Below, piece by piece: positions 51,001-61,072 of a stretch of DNA of 64,000 nt. The stretch's first letter is position 1. Every line of letters starts with the position of its first letter. The DNA is from a virus. Location: IMG/VR virus record IMGVR_UViG_3300042402_004372, one strand, 5' to 3'. The translations under genes were made by a program, and so were the position numbers. The notes beneath the pieces were generated by a model that saw only the letters and a program-made list of their open reading frames with translations, was not told the DNA's origin and made no database searches.

Positions 51001-54000
51001 ACAATTACGTACAGAGTTAGATGATGCCGGAGAAATAGCTAGATATAATTTACTTGATGTTGATTCGGGAGCACAAGTAGCATCACATTCTCAGTTAATG
51101 GAATCATTTACTAGATTTGCAAATAGGCAATTAAGTTATGGAACAAACAAATCAGTTCAAAGAGAAGTGCTTGGTTCCTTTACGCCAGAAGATCTTGCTG
51201 GTCTTAGTGTCGATGATTTTGTTGGAATATCAACTCCAGCTCAAGCAAATAGAGTCTTTAGCGCATTAAATAATGTTTTAGAATCTCAAAGAAAATCACT
51301 GGCTACAGGAAATGAAACTGCTTTAAAGAGATATCAAGATGTAAGTAAGGCATTTGCTAGAATTAAATCTTTTGCAGATATAGATGATTTCTCGCAGCAA
51401 TCAAAGATGTTTGAAAAATCATCTAGCATTGTAACTAAAGGCGATGAAATGTCGTCAGAAGTATTTAGATTTCTTCTAGAAAGAAAAGCAATACTAACTG
51501 GCGATCCATTAACGGTAATGCAGAATGTTACTTCTGCTGTAGATGATTTAGCTGCAAGAGGAATTATATCTTCTGCACAAAAAGCAGAAGCACAAGCTTC
51601 AACTTTGTCTACAATATTCAACCTAACAGCATTCGAAACGTATAGATTTAGTCCTGGAGCTGGAACTTCGTTAGCAAAAGAAAACCTAGAAGGAACACTG
51701 CAAAATCCTTTAAGAAGATTTCAAGAAACTAGAGATTTATTAAGTAAAGGTACTTTAAAGAGTTTATTAGATCCACACATTCAAGGTGATATAGTTACCA
51801 CTGGTCAGTCTTCATTGGTATCTCAAATTGGTATAAATAAACCATTTGCTTTCTTTAAGAAAAATTTGGGAATGGGCAGATATGCCGAGAAACCTACTGC
51901 TAGTCCTTTATCTGGACAATCTGGTCCAGAAACATTTGCCTTTGTCCCAACGTTTGGAACAGCTCTTAAAAGGAATCCAAAAGCTGCACTGCTAAGTGCA
52001 ACGGGAATAAAAACATATGGAAATGAAGAAGGTTTCTCTTTAGCATCTGTTCCAATATCTCATGGTTTTAATAGATTAAATAGATACTTTGGGAGCGTTG
52101 GTTCTAGTCTAGACGCAGATAATTTCCATGGTCCTCTGGATATGTATTTCAGAGGAATGAACGCGGAAAGGGTTTTACCTGCAGTTGCAATAGGAACTAC
52201 TGCATTAGCTATAGATAGAACAGCAGGCGGATATACGCAGCGTAAAGATGAAAGAGGAGAAAGGGTATATTCTCCGCTAGTACTTGGTACAGCAGCTAGA
52301 GTTGGAGTAGAGGCGCAAGCTGCAATCTCTGGTGTTATTCCAGGTGGAATGGGCTACGGGCAAAAAAGACAGCAACTGTTGTCTGGCGAAGTGGCGATAA
52401 GAAAAGGAAGATACTGGCCTTTAGGTAATACAAAATTTAGTGGTGGAAAAATAGAATACTACAGACCATCTTGGTACAGAAGACTGCAAGGTGGAGCGAT
52501 GTTTACATCAGACACCTATGGCAGTCCAATGGAAAAGATGTTATATTACAATGACTTTTCTCCATTAAGACCATTAGATCCTTATAGATTTGAAAAAAAG
52601 CATTATGAAGATAGACCTTATCCTGTAACTGGAGAATATTTTTCTGGTCCATTTGGCGCAGCTGTACCAATCTTAAATGCAACTGTAGGAAGAATCTTAA
52701 AACCACAAAAGGTAATGCACAAGCAGGAATTAGATAGAGCATTATCTAGTTATGTCCCAGTTGGCGCCAGCGGCGCCTACATGCCTCAGGAGACTCCTGG
52801 TAACGTTGGCTACGTAGAACAAAGGGATCCAGCTGTTAGCTATCCAGCAGCTCGTCCAGCACCGTATGGTGGAAAACCACTTAGGTTTATATCTCCACTT
52901 TCAGACTACGCTGAAGCAGCCGCTTCGTCTCCAATTGGGAGTACCGCTGGATCTTATAATATTTCTCGCTCAAACCAAGTATTAGCTAACAGTAGCGGAT
53001 CACTTAACACCGCAAGACAATTAGTTCGTGGTCAATCAGGGGCACAAAACGATGCATTAGCTGCTGCCGCATATCAAAGAGTTCCCGTTTCTACACAAGT
53101 GCAACCAGTTCAATTTGGTCCACCAGCAGGACCTGGTATTATGCCAGCAAAAATTGTTGCAGCAGGAATGCCAATAAGATCTGGAAGTAATGAATTCTTA
53201 TCTGGAGAACTTGGTTACAGACTGCAGGAAACATTTGGTATATATGGTTTTGCTGGTGGAAATATAAGATCTGCTTTTGGTTTTGGTTCATATGACTTTG
53301 AACCAGATAAATCAGTTTTACAATCAGCATCAAAAGCATATGGTACCACTAGAGCTTTTTGGGATTTAAACTTAGGTGGATTAGGAGACGTGCCTCTTCA
53401 ATCTGATGGTGCTCTTGGAAATATTGAAGCTTCTGAAATAATAAGAAGGTTTATTCCAAAAGAAAGAACTAATGTTAATTTTATTAACCCGATTAAAAAC
53501 ACAATGGGCGAACAGTATCCGTTTCTTCCCAATAGCAGTAACTTCATTGACTTTACTACAGGTGATCCATTCACAAAAGTAAAAGAAGGTGAACTAAGAC
53601 TACCTGGTGTGGGTTACGAAAGATTTAATAGAATTTATTCAGACTCCAGTGGAAGATATGGCGCAGTAAATCAATTAGATATCCTTGCTGACGTAGCTCC
53701 ATATTCAAAAGAATTCAGAGCTTTGAATTCAAGAATAGATAAAATGGGATTAGGTGAAGACGAAAGAATTAAAGTTGGACAAATAAGAGCTCAGCAAAAT
53801 GCAATAGAGAACAGTAAAACTGATTTTACTCCTTACACAGAATATTCCACTCTTGAAAAGATAGCTAATCCAATACGAACAATAAAAGAATCTGTACTAC
53901 ATACAGACAACTTTATTAACAACAAATTTACTGGTGAAAAAACAGCAACTGAAGATTGGGAAAGAAGAAACGTTTATGGTTCCACATTTCCCGAATGGCA

Positions 54001-54868
54001 AAAACCAGTTGAAAGTTTTATTAAACCAATTTATTATAAAGGAACTCAAAGAAATCCTCTTTTAGCTGCTGGAATAGGCGCATTTGCGCTTGGTTCATTT
54101 GGTAAAACCAAAAGAATGCAAACAGCGCTTGCAACTGTTGGCGCATTAACAACGGGTGGTTATTCAGCTCTTCAAAAGATGAAAGAAACTAGATACATTC
54201 CGATAAATAGAAAAAAAGAATTAGCTCTTGAAGAGTATACTGATATTCTAACTTATGTAAAAAATAGAACAGCTGCAGCCAGAGCAGAAAAAGTTGGAGA
54301 TATAGAATCAGCTAAACAATTTATGTTAGCTAGTAAAAAAACAATGTATGGTGCAGACCTTAATACGCAATCAATAGATCAACTAGCAGCAGCAATACCA
54401 AAAAGAAAAAGAGAACACTTTAGAGCAATGCTTGAAGCTCCAAAAAGTGAGAGAGGTCGAATACTATCTACTGCTGGAAGATTAGAAAGAAGAATATACG
54501 AGGCTGCATGGGGTATGCCAGTAGAAAGAAAGCCGGATCTAGTAAACTATTTTACTAGACACGAACTTCCTGGACCGGGTTCTGAAGTATGGCATCCAAA
54601 TACAAATATGGAACACGTAAAAATAAAAATGGGCCAGTCAATGGGACTTGAAATGTCTCAAATGGGTTACTTCCCACAGCAAATAAAAGAAGCAAACTTA
54701 GTCAATCCTAGTTATCCAATGTTTGGGCAAAGTAATTCTTCTCCAGAAGATGTTAGATCTAAGTTGCAAAGATTAATGTTTGATATGGGAATAAGTGGAA
54801 ATGTATCTCCAGTAATGAATAATTCAAATCCAGGTTCAGTAAATATTATGGCTGGGATAAGAGGCTAA
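48034..54868 (+). CDS. Giant tail protein, tape-measure candidate, +1 frame change at CGG 48256
   Basis: …AAVTVAGKFVRGGGLKI-[CGGA]-KAFTERAAGSAEGSFISRANYGLLKARSILDELEGVTRLEEGK… joins ORF 48034..48294 to the 2049-aa ORF. Confidence 0.7.
48256..48259 (+). promoter_or_regulatory. CGG recoding site 13 (CGGA)
   Basis: ATA CGG AAA AGC; +1 GGA AAA GCT TTT. Confidence 0.87.
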
Positions 54869-54872
54869 TCAA

Positions 54873-57800
54873 ATGGTAGACGTAAATAAATCAACATTTG
54901 CCAGAAGTCTTGGTAGACCAATAAGCGAATTACCAAGTTCCCTTGTAACAAGTCAAGATATCTATGCAAGAGGTTTAGTAAGATTTGATAAAACTACTAA
55001 CGAGTTGGTTAACACCATAACTGGAAAGCCTTATAAAACCTTAGAAGAGGCAATAGAAGCAACTAGTATATATGGTATTTCTGAAGTAAACGTATTTACT
55101 GGAGCAAGAGGAATTTTATCTCCCGATCCATCTGGTTATGGTCCTCTTTCTAATCTGACATCTAATATTAACGAATATCTAAGATTGGATAACCCAGAAG
55201 CAAAAGCATTTAGATCTAGGAATAAAATACTTAGTGATCTTGAAGGAAAAAATATTGAATTAGTAAGAGTTGGATATTCTAAAACTTCAGAAGAAACACT
55301 TGGTGCTATGTCATTACTCTATCACGATGAATTAAGTTATCCAGAATTAGTGGGAAATCGTATGAGTATAGCTGCTAGATTAGCAGCAGGAGAAATTGCT
55401 GCTCCAGGATATTTAGCTTCTAGAGATGGATCTGCAATATTACTTAGGTTGAGATATCAAACTGATGAAGGATACAAATTTTTAACCGGAGAACAGACTC
55501 AATCTTTACTGAATACGGTAGACGCTCAATTCTTTAACGTAGATAGATTAGCAAAACTTATAAACCCATTAAATCCTGATGGATCTATGAATTTTGGAAA
55601 AGATGTAGAGCAAATATTAGGTGGTCAACTTGGGAAATCCCAAAAAAGACAATGGCAAAGCTTAGTGCCAAGAAATATGGTTATCGATGAAACCGGAATT
55701 GATAAAATGGTTGACCATTTATCAACAAGGGTAGCTAGTAGATTTAAAGATATAGCTCCAAAAACTCTTGAAGATTCATATTTATTTTATGATCCAGCAT
55801 TAGAAACAACTTTAAAAGCTTTTGGCTTAGAGGAAACTTATACTAATACCTTGTTAGGAAATACATCTCTCACTAGAGAGGGCAGGTTAGGGGTAATAAG
55901 AGAGAGGCTTGGAACACGAATTGCAATGGAGGGAGAAACAGCTCAATCAGCTCAGCAATATTTTCGTTCAGCGCTAGAACTTTCAGGATTAGATGGAGAT
56001 GAAGAGTTTAATGAATTTGCAAATATAATACAATCTCAATTTAGAGAAACTATTGCAGATAAAAAAAATCAAAAAATATCACTTGATGATATTATATCAA
56101 GAATAGAAAAAGTATCTGGTAAAGAGGGTGTCCCCGCAGAACTTAAGGGTAAATATCAAACATATGTAAATGCTCTAAGTGAAATGAAAAAGATAGATGA
56201 TGGTTCTGGTTTTATTACAGGTATACCAATGAGACAGCACGCTATAGAATTAAAGTCTTCGATAGAAGAAGCCAGAGCAATATTAAATGCAAAAACATAT
56301 TCTGAAGGAAGTGATGAAGTCGCAATACTTACTGGAAAAATTAATGATTTTAGAGCGGAACTAAATAGAGTTGCAACTAATGCCGATGAATTTTTAGGCG
56401 GAGGAAAATTACTTTTAAGAGAATTTGAGCATGACACAGCTAGAATGTTCATAGGAAGAGGTCAGGGTAAATCTGTATTTGACTTAATACAAGGAAAAGT
56501 AGAACAACGTTTAGGTAGATTGGGTTACGTAGGTGCTGGCTCAACTGAACTCCTTAAAAAAGAAATTAGTTTTGGTAGATTAGCAGCTCCTGGAAGTGAG
56601 GAATTAGGTCGAAACGTTGGTCAACAAATTACAATGAACATAAGCACTGGGCATGGCAGGGACATGGTTTATAGCGAACCACAAGCTATGATATTTCATA
56701 GAGAGCAATATGGTCAGGATTTTCAAAGACAAGTTGGTGAATCAGCTGAAGCTCTTAAGGTAGAAATAAAAAATATTTCTGATGGAATAGTTAGTGAAAG
56801 AATGAGAAGGTCTATTATTTCAGACGCAGCTCTAGATGTAGAGGGCATGGATTTAGATACGCTCGTTGAGAGATTTGGAAGTAAACAAAAAGCACTTGAT
56901 ATCAGAACTACTGCAAGAAATTTGCAACAACATTTATCTTCTGGTACCGTAAGGGTTAATGAAATACCAGAGCTTGCTAACGAGCTGTTAAAACAAGCTC
57001 AAAGAGAAGCATTTAGAACGGGTAAAACATATAGAGCATTTAGACCAGGTCAAAACAATGTGGATGTTGAAATATATAACTTTGCAATGCCTTATGCACA
57101 AAGACAGGCTATAGATACCGAAGGAGCAGTATCGAGACGTGGTAAGAAAAAAATTCTTGGCGTTACCGATGATACAACATTTGGTAGGTTCACATCTGAT
57201 TCTGGAGATGAATTATCTTTGTTTAAATTTAGACATGTTGGACACAAAATGCTGATTCCAGATGTTGCAGCTTCGAGTCTAGGTTTATACGAAGCTGGTG
57301 GTGGATTCGACTTAGACGACAAGTGGATAACTAATTTACAATCAGTCAAAAATTCTCAAGGTGTAAGACAACTTGTAGCATTTGCTTGGCGTCAACCAAC
57401 TGGTCCTCAGGAGTTTGCATTACTAGCGCCACATCTAGATGAAGATACCATAATGAGAATGTTTGGAGATGAAACTCAGATGGGCCAAAGGTTTAGAAAT
57501 GTCTCCAACGCAGTATCTGAAATGATAAATGATAGAACTGGATTTATTCTTGGTCTTTCAGGTGATTTAAGTAATCAAGCTTCAGCTGAAGCGATGGAAA
57601 GTTTAAATAAAGAAGATAAAATATTTAAATATCTTAATTCTTTAGCTCACGGACAAAAGCCTATAGCGCAACAATTTAAAAAATCAGCTGGAGACATAAC
57701 TCAAGAGGATTTGCAAAGAGCAATATTTAAGTTAGTTGATTTAAATGGAGAGGGAGAAACAGGAAAAATAGTTAACTTATTTGATGGAGAAGTGGGCGTT

Positions 57801-60800
57801 AACGTAGATGACTTTGCAAGAGAATACATGGGTGCCGGTGAAGGTGGAGTTAGTGCAGTAAAACATAAGTTCTTAAACATTGGAGCAACATCACAGTCTA
57901 TACTTAAAAAAGTAGCTTCAACTAAAGCTGGAACGATGTTAAAGTTGAATCCAGATGAAATATTAAAATCTGGAGACAACGGACTTATAGCAAGCTATAG
58001 ACAAAGTAACTTAACTCAGATTATGAAATCTTCAGCTACTCCTAAAAGTGATCCAATTTTTGTAAGTAAAATTCAAACTATGTTTGATGACTACGCAGGT
58101 GCTGGCTCTTATCAAGCAGCTAGAGAAGCAGCTGGTAGCGCAGTAACAGATATGGATTTTGCTATTAGATCATCAGGCGGTTTATTTAGATCAGCTGGCG
58201 AAAGAAATATGGAAGAGTTAACAATACGGAGTTAAAACCGCCCTGGACGCAATGTTCCAAAGAGCTAACGTTGCTTCATTGTCAACCCCTAGGGGTGAAT
58301 TAGGCAAGTATGTCAATAGGCTTGGTTGGGCAGTTTCTTCAGAAGAGCAAAGACTTGCAGCCATTGGAAGAATATTAGAGTATGCAAAAGGACCAAATGG
58401 AAGTGTGGAGTTAGAAGAATTAGCTACAAGAATTCAAGCAGCTACATCCCTTGTCTTTAACCCAGAAGGCGCAATTGACGCAGGTGTAGGCGCAAAGATG
58501 AAAGTAAATTTATCTGCATCAAATAGTGATTTATTAATGGCGTTCAACCTCACTAGAGGAGCTGGTTTTTCTGATGAGATAGCTCAAGCAAGTTTGGGCA
58601 ACGCATTATATTCTTTGTTGTCAGCAGATGAAGAAAATAATAAACTTCTTCCCTTAGCAAAGAGAGCCGGATTAGTCGATGACTCTGGAAAATTTATTGG
58701 TTCAGCTGAAGAAGTAATGGGCAAAATACTTGCTAGGAATGATGAACTTAGCAAAGAACTAATAGGCGTAGTAAACCTAGCGTCGGACAATGTCGGTAAT
58801 GCCTTAGTTAAAAACACCGCACAACAGATGGGCATGATAAGAGCACTACAAGAGTTGTATCCTGATATAAAGTTTGACGGAATAGGAATGGTTGGTTTTG
58901 ATCAATTTTCTTCAGACTTAAAATTATCTACAATTATAGATGACGCAGGGAATGGAGATATCAACACGGTTATAAATTCTATTGCTGAAGGCGCCGAAAG
59001 AGTAACAAAAATACTTAACGTTTCTTTACCAGAAAATAGTGTGATATCTAAAATAAATAATATTGCAAGAGCTGGAGATAATATTGCCGGTAGACTAGTT
59101 TCAGGAGAAGAAGCTAAATTTAATCTTTTAGAAATTTTTCAACTAGATGAAGAAGGAATGAAAAATTATGGAATAAAAGATCCACTTACAATTATGGAAA
59201 ATGTTAATGAAGACATACTCAAGTTTCAAAATAGAATGAAACAAAAATCATTTAACCCGTATGCTCCAATAAAAGGACTTGATCTCGCATTTGTTACGCC
59301 AGAGTTGGATGCAACAATGAAGCGATTAACTGGTGAAATTACAACAAGCCTGCAAGATGTAACTGGAAATTATGGAAAATCAATAGAAGATTTGATAATA
59401 CAAAATAATATTTTAGAACAAGTTGAAAGAACTCCAAAATTTAATAGATCAACACTTAATCCAAGAACATCTTTAGCAAAATCTTTAATGAGTCAGGGTA
59501 TTGTAGATAGAGGAGAATTAGATAGATTGAAAGATTTTCCTTCAGAACAAGCGTATAAAAATCTTAAGGATATAGTTACAGGAAGTCTTACAGCCTCAAG
59601 AGACTCAGCTCAATTGGAAACTAGAAATGCTGTTCAAAAATTTTTTACAGACTACACTCAAGAACTTCAAAATGTTGGCCCAGGAAGTAAAGCACCTAGC
59701 GTAGAAGATGTTATGGACAGACTTCTATTTGAAATAGAACGAATGAAAAATGCAAGTCGTGTTCGCAATGCTACCATAATTCAACAAGTTCAAACCACTA
59801 TGGGCGGAATGCTTGAAGCAGTTCTTAAATCAGATGAAGCAATCGAAATCGCTATACCCGGAATGGAAAAATTTTCTGTTCAAAATTTAGCTTCTTACGT
59901 TAGAACTAATAATGAATTAAGACTAACCAAAGGATTTGCGGCACAACAAACAAATGATATGGTTGCTTTAATACAAGCACTTTCAAGTAAACGCGCTATT
60001 GAACGGTATGAGCGCTGATCCAAATCTATTAGTTCCAAAAAATTTAATGGATAAAGATTTTTTATCTAATCTGTTTAAAACAGATGTAGGTTCAGCAACA
60101 AATGCTGAAACAAGAATTTTAGGATCAATACCAAAATTAGTTAACGCAGAAGAGGTACAACGAGTCTTAGATGATATGAGCGGATCGTCAATAAAGATGG
60201 ATCTCCTAGAAGACTTTCTTGCCTTTAACGAAGATCCTATAAGAACAGAAAATATAATCGCTGAAAGAATCAGAAACGCTGCTGCTGCAGAAGGTATAAA
60301 TGATGAGAAAGTAATTGCAACAAGAATTTCAAACAGACAAAGAACAATTGGTTTAATTAGACAAAGATATACTGCACTAGAAAGTCAAAAAGACGAGGTA
60401 TATCAACAATTTAAAAGATTTGCTGAAGACGGCGGTGCAGTAACGGCAGAGGGTGTAATCACTCCTCGTATAACAAAAGAAGCCACTGAAGATTCAATGG
60501 GAACAATAAGTGAATCAATAGAAAGTATGATGAAAAAATTCATTCGCGAAAGTGAAGATGAGGAAGCTAGAGCTGCCAGGGCAGCATCTCAATCATTTGC
60601 TGAAATTGGTCCACTAGCTTCTGGAAAGTACACAAGAATACAGGACTTCATTAAGTCGCCACAAATGAGAGAAATGTACCAAGGGGCTTTAAGAAATAAA
60701 GGAAAGATAGCTGGTGTAGCTGCACTTGCTACTGGACTAGCAGTCTTTGGTTCAATCAATAAAAAAGAAAGAACACAAGAAGCAATGTCTGGACCTCCAT

Positions 60801-61046
60801 TGCTACCTGGTGGAAATCCATATGAGAGAATTCCAACTCAACAAATGCAAATACCTGATGCTCCAATAGCTTCTGGGAATCAAGGAATGTCTTATAACAT
60901 ATCGGTTAACGGCGATCAAGGACAAATGGAAGAATTAATGAACAGAGCTCGGATTAGTAACAAATGGACAGGTTAGAGGTACTATGCATGATAGCCTACC
61001 TTCTCTAGGACGCGATCCCTACAACGATATAGCGGGTTCTTTTTAA
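54873..61046 (+). CDS. Giant virion protein, three +1 frame changes (CGG 58227, 60004, 60950)
   Basis: ORFs 54873..58235, 58252..60018 and 59999..60976 join at ATA-CGGA and GAA-CGGT. A third, GCT-CGGA, gives C-terminus …QMEELMNRA-[CGGA]-LVTNGQVRGTMHDSLPSLGRDPYNDIAGSF*. Confidence 0.8.
58227..58230 (+). promoter_or_regulatory. CGG recoding site 14 (CGGA)
   Basis: ATA CGG AGT TAA; +1 GGA GTT AAA ACC. Confidence 0.87.
60004..60007 (+). promoter_or_regulatory. CGG recoding site 15 (CGGT)
   Basis: GAA CGG TAT GAG CGC TGA; +1 GGT ATG AGC GCT. Confidence 0.87.
60950..60953 (+). promoter_or_regulatory. CGG recoding site 16 (CGGA), predicted from the rule
   Basis: GCT CGG ATT AGT AAC AAA TGG ACA GGT TAG; +1 GGA TTA GTA ACA … to TAA at 61044-61046. 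Confidence 0.72.
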
Positions 61047-61072
61047 TTTTATATTAAAGGATAAATTAATTT

